DNA from: a virus | Reading direction: 5' to 3' (one strand) | Length of the DNA: 64,000 bases | IMG/VR virus record: IMGVR_UViG_3300047444_000783 | Span: 45,587-109,586 of that record | Part shown: positions 39,575 through 49,414 of the stretch, one piece after another | Layout: each line of letters begins with the position of its first letter | Position numbering within the stretch: position 1 is the stretch's first letter | Notes under the pieces: generated by a model | The model's database searches: none | The model's input: only the letters and a program-made list of their open reading frames with translations | What the model was told of the DNA's origin: nothing | Position numbers and translations under genes: made by a program

Positions 39575-40201
39575 TCAGTACGTTACTGGAATCTTGCTCA
39601 ACATCGAATCGTTCGGCGCTACCTGGGGCGGCGGAGACACGGCTTCCGTGTCTCCCTGGACAACTTTCGGGACTTCCTCACGCATGCGCGCGATAAAGCC
39701 CTGAATGAATGGCATAAGCGTCGGATCTTCTTTTCCGATCGGCGGCAACTGCATTTCGATCTGCATTGCCGTATCCATTGCCCCGCCCGTCGATGGGGCG
39801 GCTGGCATCGATGGCGGCCCCGGAGGTGGCGATCCCCCGGGACCGACTGGGCCGGCTGCAGGGACGGGAGGACCGGCGCCCGCAGACGCTGCTGGAGGGG
39901 GTGGACCTCCAGCTAGACCCGCAAGAGCGGCCGGCAAGCCGCCCATGCGTGATTGCAATTCGACGTTGAGACGATCGACGTCCGGGCCGAGAGCCGGCAC
40001 CTGGCGCGCGACCGTCGTGAGTAGCGGCTGCACCTGCTGAATCTTCTGAGTCAGATCCGGGTTGGTTGCGGCAGGTGGTGCTCCACCGCCGAGGCCGGCC
40101 AGGATAGAACTCAGATCCAACGGTCCGCCGCCCGCAGGCTTCATCTGGGCCTGGACGTCCGGCGGTGGTGGAGGCGCTAGACCAACGTCAGGGATGGGCA
40201 T
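39575..40201 (-). CDS. Pro/Gly-rich hypothetical protein
   Basis: ORF in the head module. Confidence 0.6.
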   Translation of the reverse strand: MPIPDVGLAPPPPPDVQAQMKPAGGGPLDLSSILAGLGGGAPPAATNPDLTQKIQQVQPLLTTVARQVPALGPDVDRLNVELQSRMGGLPAALAGLAGGPPPPAASAGAGPPVPAAGPVGPGGSPPPGPPSMPAAPSTGGAMDTAMQIEMQLPPIGKEDPTLMPFIQGFIARMREEVPKVVQGDTEAVSPPPQVAPNDSMLSKIPVTY

Positions 40202-40204
40202 GAA

Positions 40205-40399
40205 TTAGCGACCGCCGCCCTCCGGAATACCGGTCTCGCCGTACTTCGTGCGGACATTCAGACCGTCCGCGCCAGTCTGCAGCGGAGCGTGTGTCCCCGG
40301 AGAATCAAGGAACGGTGCGCGCGGTGCTTCGACCGTGCCCTCTTCGTGGCCCACGAATGCGCCACCGCTTGTCGGAAACTGTACTTTACCGTCAGCCAT
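40205..40399 (-). CDS. Hypothetical protein
   Basis: AGGAGG RBS. Confidence 0.65.
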   Translation of the reverse strand: MADGKVQFPTSGGAFVGHEEGTVEAPRAPFLDSPGTHAPLQTGADGLNVRTKYGETGIPEGGGR

Positions 40400-40422
40400 G
40401 AGAACCTCCTGAATTAGTGAAC

Positions 40423-40635
40423 TTACCGACCGGCCGATCGGCCAGGCCGACGACCACTCTTTTTGGCGAAGCGATTGGCTGTGCTGTGGAGTCGCCCGAC
40501 GGCTCTGCCGAGGCGCTTCGGATCCGCATGGATTTCGTCCGTGCGCATCAGATTCTGCACGTCATCCCGAGTCTGCCATTCGTCATGGTCGGGATCCAGT
40601 GATGACGGCATCGCCACATTGCCCTTCTTCGCCAT
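40423..40635 (-). CDS. Hypothetical protein
   Basis: GAGG RBS. Confidence 0.65.
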   Translation of the reverse strand: MAKKGNVAMPSSLDPDHDEWQTRDDVQNLMRTDEIHADPKRLGRAVGRLHSTANRFAKKSGRRPGRSAGR

Positions 40636-40667
40636 AGAACCTCTCAGACTTTAGAGTAAGCGGACTG

Positions 40668-42632
40668 TCAAGACGGCTTTAACAGACTCATCGGGTTGTC
40701 CGACCCCTTCCCTTTATGGGCTGGCGGGCCGCCGGCTGGAGAGGCGCTCCCGGGTGGAGGCGGCAACTCCGGCATGCCACCGGGCGCGCCACCGCCGGTC
40801 AGTGCCTGCCCAGCCTGGGCGGCCATCAGCCGCTGCGCCTGCTTGTCCTGCTCCTGGTCGAGTTCCTTCTCGACGTTGTCGTACAGGCTTTCCATGTCCA
40901 TTTCCTTGTACAGGGTCTTGCGACTCATGTCGCCAGTCCGGCGCAAGGCCATGGCAATCATCTGGTTGTTCTGCTGGTTGACGTTCAGCATCGTCCCACC
41001 ACCACCGATATCGAAGAAGAAGTTTTGCGCGTGATCCTCGGCTCGTCGCCCGGTCGGTACCATCGTGCTCGTGTTTGCATCGAATACGTCCTGGGAGGTC
41101 ACACCCGCGCGCCCGTACATCCACATACGTCGCGACAGCGTGTAGAACTGCATCTCGTTCGGCACCATCTGGTCGCCGATATCCCGGACGCCGATCTCCA
41201 TGTACCGGCCGCGCAGTCTCATGATCGTCTGCTGGGTTTCCTTCAGCCCCTGTAGGGTGTCGCCCGCTGGCGTGACTTTCTTACGCGCCAACCCATTGAC
41301 GTCCAGAAGCCCTGAATCGTCGTCCATTTCGTTCTGGGCGTACATCCCCATGTTCGAAACGTAGTTCGGGAGCATCGGCGGATTCTGCCATGCCGGCGGT
41401 GACGGTGACATCGGGTTGTATCCGATCTTCGCGTTCGGCATGTTCGGATCCAGCGCATTCTTGATCGCGTCGGAGAACGCGCTATCCGGGAACAGGAATG
41501 GCGGGTTCACCGCCTTTTTAATCATATCGAGGGTCCCGGCCAGGACGGTGTTGACGATGTCCTGAAGCGGGATCTTCGACCGCAACTCGGATATTCCATG
41601 GAACTGCCACGGTACCGGCTTCAGCCGGAGCGCGACGAACGGGAATTTCCCATGCCAGAAGAAGTTCGGACCGTCATACAGCGGATAGAGTTCGGTCCCT
41701 CCGGTGATGATCAGCCGGCCGCGAGGATAGAGCGGGGCGCCGGGCTTCACTTCGTAGTACCAGTTGGTTCCGGGCGTCCCCATCTTCACGATGTTCTGGC
41801 TGGTGTTGATCGAATAATCCTTGATCCAGAATTCTCGATACCATGCCTGAGCAACCGCAGACTCCCCGAATTCTCGAGGACTGCCGACCCACCGCTGCAT
41901 CTGCGGGCTGAGCATGTCGAAGTTCATGGCGCCCGCCTGGCGTGGCCGTTGGAACGGCTTCGCGTAACGGGAGAGCGAATCGTCTGGCTGGACGAACGAA
42001 CCGGGGCCAGGGAAGTTCCGACGGAACCAACTGATGTTCCGGACAGACTCGTATATGCAGCCTTCCCAGTCCTGCAGGTTATGCGCCGGGCCGATCGGGA
42101 TCAGATCGTACGGGCTGAGCGGGTAAAGCTGGAAGTCGCCACGGCCGCCACATAGCTGCTTGTTCCAGGCGATCCGCAGGTATCCGGTCGTCAAATAGGC
42201 GTAAATGACGGCCATCGACAGTTGGAAGTCGATGTCGTTCTTCACCCACCAGGATTTCGTGATCTTTGTCAGGAGTTCGGCCTGGTCGTCCCACGTATCC
42301 TCGTGGGCCTTGACCTCGTAGATCGGCCGGATATCCGTCAGGATCGCGACCGTCTGCTCCATCGAACGCAGGAGGCGGTTATTGACCGGGCTGGCTTTGT
42401 AACTCGGGCGCCGGTTCGGCCACTGGTCGCCCATCAGGTAGACGATATCCTGTGGCAGGTTCTGGATTTCCTTCGAATCGCGCATCCATGCCGACCCCTC
42501 ATCGAGCGCCGCACGTAGCCACGCGCGGCGCCGGGCCGACTGCTGATCGGCAGTCAGATTCGGGTTGAAGTCCAGGAACTCGTAAGGGTGACCTTGGGCG
42601 CTAGGACCCGCCCACGATTGAACGGTTGACAG
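40668..42632 (-). CDS. Portal protein (P22-like); probable CTG start
   Basis: HGKFPFVALR...FHGISE motif, downstream of TerL; frame open upstream of the track ATG to a CTG preceded by GGAGG. Confidence 0.82.
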   Translation of the reverse strand: MSTVQSWAGPSAQGHPYEFLDFNPNLTADQQSARRRAWLRAALDEGSAWMRDSKEIQNLPQDIVYLMGDQWPNRRPSYKASPVNNRLLRSMEQTVAILTDIRPIYEVKAHEDTWDDQAELLTKITKSWWVKNDIDFQLSMAVIYAYLTTGYLRIAWNKQLCGGRGDFQLYPLSPYDLIPIGPAHNLQDWEGCIYESVRNISWFRRNFPGPGSFVQPDDSLSRYAKPFQRPRQAGAMNFDMLSPQMQRWVGSPREFGESAVAQAWYREFWIKDYSINTSQNIVKMGTPGTNWYYEVKPGAPLYPRGRLIITGGTELYPLYDGPNFFWHGKFPFVALRLKPVPWQFHGISELRSKIPLQDIVNTVLAGTLDMIKKAVNPPFLFPDSAFSDAIKNALDPNMPNAKIGYNPMSPSPPAWQNPPMLPNYVSNMGMYAQNEMDDDSGLLDVNGLARKKVTPAGDTLQGLKETQQTIMRLRGRYMEIGVRDIGDQMVPNEMQFYTLSRRMWMYGRAGVTSQDVFDANTSTMVPTGRRAEDHAQNFFFDIGGGGTMLNVNQQNNQMIAMALRRTGDMSRKTLYKEMDMESLYDNVEKELDQEQDKQAQRLMAAQAGQALTGGGAPGGMPELPPPPGSASPAGGPPAHKGKGSDNPMSLLKPS

Positions 42633-42963
42633 AAGGCCTCCGCGCCGGCTCGTCCGACAGGATGATTCGTTTTGCGACGTACGGTCGCGTGACTTCGATC
42701 AGCCGCCGGCAGATCCGGCAGCGGAACGGGATTCGATCTTCGCCCGGTGTATGGTAATTTTCGGCCTCGTACATCGATTGCCGATTCCGATGGCCACACT
42801 TGGGGCTGGGGCAGACGAATACGATGTAATCGGTGCCCGTGTCCTTCTTCTCCATCGCCCGCAGTTTGGACGGGTCGTCCTCGACCGGCACCCACCGCCG
42901 CATCGTCCCGCCGCCCTTGTTCACGATCTTTAGCGCGGTCGTCCGCAGAATGATCTCGCTCAT
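42601..42963 (-). CDS. Zn-finger hypothetical protein
   Basis: CPSPKC and CRIC. Confidence 0.6.
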   Translation of the reverse strand: MSEIILRTTALKIVNKGGGTMRRWVPVEDDPSKLRAMEKKDTGTDYIVFVCPSPKCGHRNRQSMYEAENYHTPGEDRIPFRCRICRRLIEVTRPYVAKRIILSDEPARRPSVNRSIVGGS

Positions 42964-43307
42964 CGGCGGCCTCCCATGTCAAAGACCTTGCCGATCTTAG
43001 GCGTCTTCTTTCGGATCTCGCCGCCGACGGCCTCGAGGTCGGGGTCATCATAGTCATGACGTACCCCGTACTCGCGAGCGATGAACTCCAGGTCTCCCTT
43101 TGAGGCTATTTTCATCGGCTGCCCATCCGGGCGCACGTGCCGGGTTTCGAACGCTTCGAATACCTTGACGGAGATTTTCAGTCCTCCGAGTACCCGGAAC
43201 ATCTTCGCTCCACAGCACGACGGATCGTCGTCATGATTCTGCGAGGAGCAGACGGTGTTTGGCTGGATGGCCCCGCATGTTTCACATTCAAAATCGTGGA
43301 TTATCAT
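42960..43307 (-). CDS. FmdB-like zinc-ribbon protein
   Basis: MIIHDFECETCG...CCG. Confidence 0.65.
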   Translation of the reverse strand: MIIHDFECETCGAIQPNTVCSSQNHDDDPSCCGAKMFRVLGGLKISVKVFEAFETRHVRPDGQPMKIASKGDLEFIAREYGVRHDYDDPDLEAVGGEIRKKTPKIGKVFDMGGRR

Positions 43308-43897
43308 GCGCGTTGCGGCGCCCTGTTGAAGTACGTTTCGATGTAGGCAGAGAATTCTTCCTGACACCATTCCTGCACGGTCTTGTCCGAGTACTCCGCG
43401 GCCTCGGCAAGGCCGCCCTCGAGCGCCCATTCCGGCAGGTCGATGACAACCTGCGTACCAGTCGGCTGGACGCCGCCCGGGCGCAGCGGCGCGCGCGAGC
43501 GAACGGTCGCGATCTGTGCGCGTAACGAACGGATTTCCGCTTCCTTGTCTTTGTTGTCCGTCACGTACGCGAAGATTGCCCCCTTCAGGTCCGGGCCGCC
43601 GGTAAGCACGGTCCCCGTGATTTCCTCGATCGCCTTCTTGGTCTCCGGGTCGATCACGATGTTCATGGCGGCGCGGGCAGCCGGATCCATCACGACCGGC
43701 GCATCAGGCGCCTTATAGAAGTTCGGGTATTTCGTTCGCGCCTGTGCGCGCAACATGTTGAGTTCTTCCGTATCCTCAAACTTGTGGCCGGCGCGACAGT
43801 TCGTGAAGAACTGCCCCGGACGGTCCATCAACGGGTTGACTACCCCGTTATTCAGACAGATCGGGCACGGGTCTTTTGTTGTGATATCGGTCGACAT
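43304..43897 (-). CDS. Hypothetical protein with N-terminal Zn finger
   Basis: CPIC...CRAGH. Confidence 0.65.
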   Translation of the reverse strand: MSTDITTKDPCPICLNNGVVNPLMDRPGQFFTNCRAGHKFEDTEELNMLRAQARTKYPNFYKAPDAPVVMDPAARAAMNIVIDPETKKAIEEITGTVLTGGPDLKGAIFAYVTDNKDKEAEIRSLRAQIATVRSRAPLRPGGVQPTGTQVVIDLPEWALEGGLAEAAEYSDKTVQEWCQEEFSAYIETYFNRAPQRA

Positions 43898-43906
43898 GTC
43901 TCTCTC

Positions 43907-44524
43907 CTATTCTGATTTGGCCGTCAAGGGCAGGTCGGAGAATTCAAGGAAGACGACCGGCGGTTTGAATTTCCGGCCGATGTATTTGCACTGAACGCCT
44001 CCCAGTTGCGGAGAGGTCGCGAACGGATGCTCGTACCGGCCGCCCTTCATTCCGGTCAGGGACGGGCTGTCCAGGCGTAGCCCGCAGGCGGGGCAATTGA
44101 AGACACCGCCGACCATCTGGAGACTCAGCCCGCGGTCGCTGATTTCCGAGCGGATCTGGTCGCGGACGTGCGCGATCTCGGCGATCATCTCAGCGCGGAG
44201 CGCGGAATCCATCTCCTTCGCAGTTCCAACTGCAAGGCCAACTGCAGCGTCTGCGTTGAAAGTTACGCCGTCGCCGACATACGAAACGCCTTCGTCCAGG
44301 CCAAGCCCCATTGCCGACATTTTCGCCATGTTCTCCTGGCTGGTCGGAACCTCAATGTCGGGCTTCGCTCCGGCGATGAACTTACGGGCGCCCGTCTCGT
44401 CCTGAACCCATTGGCCATCTTTCTCCTCCGGCAATTCGGTCCCCGGCAGTATCATCTCGGCGACTGGCGGGCCTCCCGCGGTCCCGCCTTCCTGACTGTG
44501 CTTCTCGTGATCTTTCTTCGGCAT
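43907..44524 (-). CDS. Hypothetical protein
   Basis: AGGAG RBS; CPAC. Confidence 0.65.
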   Translation of the reverse strand: MPKKDHEKHSQEGGTAGGPPVAEMILPGTELPEEKDGQWVQDETGARKFIAGAKPDIEVPTSQENMAKMSAMGLGLDEGVSYVGDGVTFNADAAVGLAVGTAKEMDSALRAEMIAEIAHVRDQIRSEISDRGLSLQMVGGVFNCPACGLRLDSPSLTGMKGGRYEHPFATSPQLGGVQCKYIGRKFKPPVVFLEFSDLPLTAKSE

Positions 44525-44533
44525 GGTCTCTCC

Positions 44534-46531
44534 TTAAAGGTGGTTGTATTCCGGAGTTCCGGAATTCTCCTGTTTGTCAAATAGTGAAAAGTCGGTGTTG
44601 TGGGCGCCGCGGCCGTCATCCGGGAGCGGCGCCTCGTCGAGCATCGTGAACAGGCGTGGATCGAGTTCCATCAGGCAGTAGCAGCAGATCATCGCGCCAA
44701 ACAGCGCGTCGTCGTGCTCACCGCCTGCCGCCTCGAAACGGTCTGTCTGGTCCGGGTTTTCGTTGATGAATGCCTGGCATTCAGAATGGAGTCGAGAACT
44801 CCGGATCTCTACCGAATCGTCGATCAGGAGCGTGCGGAAGCGCGTGATCAGATCGTTCCGCGCTTTCTCGGTACCCGTGTCCCATCCCCAGAAGTTCGTA
44901 AACCGCGACTTCGCAGTCTTATCCTGCCGGCGCCACCGGTAGACCTTCGGGTACCGATGCACATGCAGGATGTTTCCGATGTGCTCGGTCATGTTGTTCG
45001 ACTCGGGCGAAATCTCGCACGTGTTGTACATGTGCCCGAGCGCACAGACCATCTGAGCCAATTCCTTCGGGTTCGCGTACCCGCGGTACTCGACGCACTG
45101 GCGGATCCGTTCGCCCTTACGGCGGGGGACCCGAAAGAACTGGGCTGCCGAGAAGTCCAGTCCGGGAATACCCTTCGCCGGGTCGGATGCCCCGTAATAG
45201 ATCTCCTTGGTTGTCGGCCATTCCCAGATCCAGAGCGGTGCCTGGTTGAGCATGCTCAACTGCTCGTTCGTCAACGGGCCGGTCGCGCTCGCGCTACGGG
45301 CGAAGTACCGGACGAGTAGTGGCTTATCTTCCTTGAAAATCAACTCGCCGGCCCATATCGGGTACCGGACGTCCCGGACTTCGATCTGCGCCAGTTTCTT
45401 TAACGGGAACGCCGGAATGCCCTTAGAGCGGAACGCCGATCGCGCAAACGACGGGTATTCCTGTTCAACCTTCTCGGCATCTCCTTCGGTCGCTTCGAAC
45501 TGCTCGGCCTGCTCTCTCCGCCAGGCCATCTGTTCCTTCGAGATTTCGAACGCATATTGATCGCGGACCTTCGAGGCCAACTCGGTTTCTTCTTTGGTGA
45601 AGTAGAACTGCGACTTCTCGACCTCCGAAGTGAACGGCTTCGAGTACGTCTTTTCCTTCCACCATCCGGCGAATACCGGTTTGAACTGCCCGCGCCCGCG
45701 CATGGCCGCATCCCACATCTTGAGGAACGCGTACTTTTCGCCCGACCCCTTGGCTGTCCCCTCGACCACACAGATGACGTACGGGTTCTTCTTTGGCAGC
45801 GACGGCAGGATGTCCGACGTCAGAATCTCCGGGTGTGTCCAGAGACCGAACTCGGTCGCGTGCACGTTGTGGAGGGTGAAACCTCGAGAGGAACCGCTCG
45901 GCTTGTTCGCCGCGTCGACGAAGAATGCGCTATTCAGACCGGGGTTGCGCATCTGCTCTTCTTTGTCCTTGCGGTTGAATCGAAGGATACCGTCCCCGTG
46001 GTTATTGACCTCGATCTCCGGGCGCATCCACCACGGCAAAAAGCTGTAGGCGAGCACGCTCATATTGAAGATCTGTTTGGAGCGCTTCATCTCGTCGGCG
46101 ATCACGAGCGAGTTCGTCAGACGGTTACATGTCGTTTCCTGGAATAGCGCGCCCTGAACGAGCGTCGACCAGCGGATCTGGCGGGCCTTCAGCAGGAGGA
46201 ACCACGGCGGAAGTCCGGCTTCCCAGGCGGCAACGAATTCGGCCCACAGGATCTCCTGGGTTTCGGTGAACGGGCTGACGGTCTGCAGGCGGGGCGCCTG
46301 CCAATCCTCACCCTTCGTGTTGATGACGAAGTAGTTTTCGAGGTAGTAGCGCTTGCACTGGTGGGTCCGGCCGGTCGCGCGCGCGAGTTCGATCTGGATC
46401 GCGCCGATCTCCTTCTCGGACAGCCGGGCGAGCGTCGCCCGTCGGTCGCCCTTGTTCTCGGCAAGACGGGCGTCCAGGAGTTCGATCAGATCCGAAACGT
46501 ATGCGTCTCGGCGTGGGATCCGCTGTGCTAT
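44534..46531 (-). CDS. Terminase large subunit; probable ATA start
   Basis: Frame open 142 codons upstream of the track start and contains LKARQIRWST (Walker A); VHATEF (Walker B), EGTA coupling motif, GASDPA and HDDAL nuclease motifs. Confidence 0.9.
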   Translation of the reverse strand: MAQRIPRRDAYVSDLIELLDARLAENKGDRRATLARLSEKEIGAIQIELARATGRTHQCKRYYLENYFVINTKGEDWQAPRLQTVSPFTETQEILWAEFVAAWEAGLPPWFLLLKARQIRWSTLVQGALFQETTCNRLTNSLVIADEMKRSKQIFNMSVLAYSFLPWWMRPEIEVNNHGDGILRFNRKDKEEQMRNPGLNSAFFVDAANKPSGSSRGFTLHNVHATEFGLWTHPEILTSDILPSLPKKNPYVICVVEGTAKGSGEKYAFLKMWDAAMRGRGQFKPVFAGWWKEKTYSKPFTSEVEKSQFYFTKEETELASKVRDQYAFEISKEQMAWRREQAEQFEATEGDAEKVEQEYPSFARSAFRSKGIPAFPLKKLAQIEVRDVRYPIWAGELIFKEDKPLLVRYFARSASATGPLTNEQLSMLNQAPLWIWEWPTTKEIYYGASDPAKGIPGLDFSAAQFFRVPRRKGERIRQCVEYRGYANPKELAQMVCALGHMYNTCEISPESNNMTEHIGNILHVHRYPKVYRWRRQDKTAKSRFTNFWGWDTGTEKARNDLITRFRTLLIDDSVEIRSSRLHSECQAFINENPDQTDRFEAAGGEHDDALFGAMICCYCLMELDPRLFTMLDEAPLPDDGRGAHNTDFSLFDKQENSGTPEYNHL

Positions 46532-46591
46532 CGTTCCGCCCTTTAGGGGGGAAGGTCTTACATATCAGCCGGCGGCAACCGGCGTACGAAG

Positions 46592-47041
46592 CTATTGGGC
46601 TTCCAGGCGGTCAATCAATGCGTACATTCTAAACAAGCCTTCTTCGAAGTGCTGCTCTCGCTCTGACTCTGGCGTCAACTCTGTCACGAGCATTTCCTCG
46701 CCGATATCAAACATTTGACCGCGCTGGTACTCACAGTCAAACTTGGCTAGTGCCCCGACCATGACAGCCGCGTGACGTTCATTAGGTGCACGACGATCTT
46801 TGGCGGCAAGCCATTGGGCGACCAGTCTTTCGGGGCGGTTATCTGGATAGACGCATGTCCAGTGGCTGTCGCCGGCCGCGAAATTACGAAATACGAAATC
46901 GCCAGTATGGATCTCGCGGTTGCATGTATGGCACGGATCACCATCAAACCCAGCCTCGATCTTGACCTTTTGACCCTTCCAGCCCGTCCACTTCCAGATC
47001 TCCCAACCTCGATAGATAATCGGCAGCGCTGGCGTGCTCAT
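46592..47041 (-). CDS. Hypothetical protein
   Basis: GGAGGACCG RBS. Confidence 0.65.
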   Translation of the reverse strand: MSTPALPIIYRGWEIWKWTGWKGQKVKIEAGFDGDPCHTCNREIHTGDFVFRNFAAGDSHWTCVYPDNRPERLVAQWLAAKDRRAPNERHAAVMVGALAKFDCEYQRGQMFDIGEEMLVTELTPESEREQHFEEGLFRMYALIDRLEAQ

Positions 47042-47559
47042 TCGGTCCTCCCGCGTTCTTTCAGGATCGTCTTCAGGCCGATCTCCTTCGCCATCGTCTC
47101 GAGGTCCATCGTATCGGTATCGGTTAGAAATCCTTGTTTCTTCAGCAGTTCAAACTGCTCGCGCATATAGAGCGCCTCGTCACTGTTCGGGATGAACGAA
47201 CCGCCGGTCGCAGTCAGCGGCGTCTGCGGATTCACCGGGAGCGCCGGCATCAGCCCGGGCATTGTCCCGGCGACCGACCGCCGCTCGATCTGAACGACCC
47301 GCACGATCAGCACTCCGCACACGTAGAGGAAGGCGGTGGCGACCAGCAGGAATATCGTGGCGACGAAGATCAGGAGCAGGGCCGAGAATGGCGCGCTCGG
47401 GACCGGCGATAGCCTGAGCACCCAATAGCGCTCGACCGGGGGGAAGGTTAGAACGATGATCAGTGCAAGCATCGCCAGGCGCACATACGGCCAGACGGCT
47501 CGACCAGTCCCCCAGACAACCGATCCCACGCGCGCGCCAGCTAACCAGAATTTATTCAA
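47038..47559 (-). CDS. Membrane protein
   Basis: Two hydrophobic helices. Confidence 0.6.
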   Translation of the reverse strand: MNKFWLAGARVGSVVWGTGRAVWPYVRLAMLALIIVLTFPPVERYWVLRLSPVPSAPFSALLLIFVATIFLLVATAFLYVCGVLIVRVVQIERRSVAGTMPGLMPALPVNPQTPLTATGGSFIPNSDEALYMREQFELLKKQGFLTDTDTMDLETMAKEIGLKTILKERGRTE

Positions 47560-47758
47560 TGAAACCCCTTAGATGACAGTTCCGTATCTCTACGCCAACA
47601 ACGCCAGCAGGAACCACGATCATCGGAGAATGCTTAAAAATAAAGCGGCCTCGCGTCGATCCGGTGCGTTCAATTCTCACGCCGTCCAATATCTGTCCGT
47701 CGCTCATCACGTAAGATGGCGGGTCTGTAACATGCTGATATTTAACATCTGCCATCAA
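47552..47758 (-). CDS. Hypothetical protein
   Basis: Coupled ORF. Confidence 0.45.
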   Translation of the reverse strand: MMADVKYQHVTDPPSYVMSDGQILDGVRIERTGSTRGRFIFKHSPMIVVPAGVVGVEIRNCHLRGFIE

Positions 47759-48360
47759 AACATCTCCTCGTTTTCTTCCGTGACTTCCGTCGCCTGGGTT
47801 TCGATGATCTGACGAGAGGCCGGAATCGGGGCACCGCGCTGGCGCTCGTGAATCCGGTCGATCATATCCTCGTACGTCAGTTCGCCCGCTCGAGACCCGT
47901 CGTTGTTATTGATCTGCGTATTCATGTTGATCGCCACCTGCGTGCTTGCCGGCTTCTCGTTCAGCCCCAGGATCTTACTCGCCGCCTCGATTCCCATCGC
48001 AAGGGTTTCCGGGTCGATGATCTTTTCCGTGTGGATCTCGCCCGTCTTTGGGTCGATTCCGACGACAATCTTTTCGCCAGTCAGTAGCGCATCAATGGCT
48101 TCCTCGAGTTGGTTCTTGTCGAGTTTCTTGCGCAGCCGCTTTCTCAGCTTCTCGTTCTCGAGCGCGCTTTCAAACCGCGCGTCCCGCAACGCCATTTGCT
48201 GCTCGACCTCGCAGATCGCGCGACCCCGCTTGACGCTCTCCTGGACGACCGCTGGCGTCACCTGGTCGATCGTCGCAACCTCAACGATCGTCATCTCGTG
48301 ATCGCGCACCATCTTGTACCGGCGCACGTCCACCGACGCCTCGTCGATCTTGGCCGGCAA
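47755..48360 (-). CDS. Possible terminase small subunit
   Basis: HTH-like N-terminus, helical body, ASKILGL motif; upstream of TerL. Confidence 0.45.
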   Translation of the reverse strand: MPAKIDEASVDVRRYKMVRDHEMTIVEVATIDQVTPAVVQESVKRGRAICEVEQQMALRDARFESALENEKLRKRLRKKLDKNQLEEAIDALLTGEKIVVGIDPKTGEIHTEKIIDPETLAMGIEAASKILGLNEKPASTQVAINMNTQINNNDGSRAGELTYEDMIDRIHERQRGAPIPASRQIIETQATEVTEENEEMF

Positions 48361-48396
48361 GTTAGTCTCGTCTTTTCGCCGCGTACCCCACTCCTA

Positions 48397-48804
48397 TTAC
48401 AACTTGGAGTTCTTCTTTAACTGTACATGGTACGCCAGTTCGATGAACCGACGTATTGAATCGGGAGACCGATCCTTAAGCCGCCTCGACTGCAGGTACG
48501 ACCTAACCTGCACGACGCTAACGCCAATCAGCCGGGCCGTCAACTCGACAGGTAACTCCTGATCGACTGACGTTATGAAAGCCCTTAGCCGGCCTGATCT
48601 ACGCCGGCGTTCGGCAATGAACGTGTCGAGGTCGGAGACTTTAAACCGGACGGTACACCCCATCTTGACGTACGGCAGGTACCCGCGGCGCTGCCAATTC
48701 TTGACCGCGTGGAACGTCACGTCCATATAGGCCGCCGCATGATGGACATCGAACAGGCGGGAGTCCATCATGACGATCTCCTCGAGAGACCCCTTCTCGA
48801 TCAT
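48397..48804 (-). CDS. Excisionase-like HTH DNA-binding protein
   Basis: AAAYMDV...VKNWQRRGYLPYVKMG..VRFKVSDLD. Confidence 0.8.
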   Translation of the reverse strand: MIEKGSLEEIVMMDSRLFDVHHAAAYMDVTFHAVKNWQRRGYLPYVKMGCTVRFKVSDLDTFIAERRRRSGRLRAFITSVDQELPVELTARLIGVSVVQVRSYLQSRRLKDRSPDSIRRFIELAYHVQLKKNSKL

Positions 48805-49061
48805 GCACGCTTCGCCGGCTGCTGCGCCATCTCAACCCGGATCTTCCGGCCGAGCACGGGACAATCCCGCATCTGCTCGATCGCTTTATCCGCGTCCACC
48901 CCGTCCTTCAGGGTGACGAAGCCGAAGCCGCGGGATACCGATTCCTCGTCCCGCATGATCTTGACGGCCGCGACCCCGAAGCCGTCCGATTCAAACGCGG
49001 CCTTGAGGTTGTCCTCTGTCGCGTCGTAATTAATATTTCCGATAAACAACTGCTTTCCCAC
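48801..49061 (-). CDS. RRM RNA-binding protein
   Basis: RNP2 LFIGNI and RNP1 RGFGFVTL. Confidence 0.92.
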   Translation of the reverse strand: MGKQLFIGNINYDATEDNLKAAFESDGFGVAAVKIMRDEESVSRGFGFVTLKDGVDADKAIEQMRDCPVLGRKIRVEMAQQPAKRA

Positions 49062-49069
49062 TGGTCCTC

Positions 49070-49378
49070 CTAAGTTTTCTCAACCTTGTCTTCCCGTACC
49101 CGCTTGATATCCTTGAACGCGTTCAGGATCAGCCTCAACTCGCCCGTACCCGAATAATCTTCGATGTCGGCCAGCAAGACCGTGATCTGCTCGACGATCA
49201 GCCGCCCGGCGATCACCCATTTCTGGACCTCGGATTCGTTCGCTGCGTTCGTCTTCGCCCAGGTCTCGCGCATCGCCTGGTACATGCGCATCAGTTGTAG
49301 CAGCCTGCCTTCGAACTCCTGATCGTCCTTAATGGCCATGTCCGTTAGGTTTATAGAATACTTCGGCCTAAATTGCAC
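49070..49378 (-). CDS. Hypothetical protein
   Basis: First gene of the divergent minus-strand unit. Confidence 0.6.
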   Translation of the reverse strand: MQFRPKYSINLTDMAIKDDQEFEGRLLQLMRMYQAMRETWAKTNAANESEVQKWVIAGRLIVEQITVLLADIEDYSGTGELRLILNAFKDIKRVREDKVEKT

Positions 49379-49414
49379 TTGAAATAATTAAACTTAGCGC
49401 GTATCGTGCTCGCC

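Noticed and set aside
46106-46531. Frameshift, intron or split gene explaining the short TerL in the ORF track
   Set aside because: Manual translation shows one continuous frame; only a canonical start codon is missing.
994-48562. Numerous plus-strand ORFs opposite the structural genes
   Set aside because: They are antisense shadows of high-GC coding sequence with no recognisable motifs.
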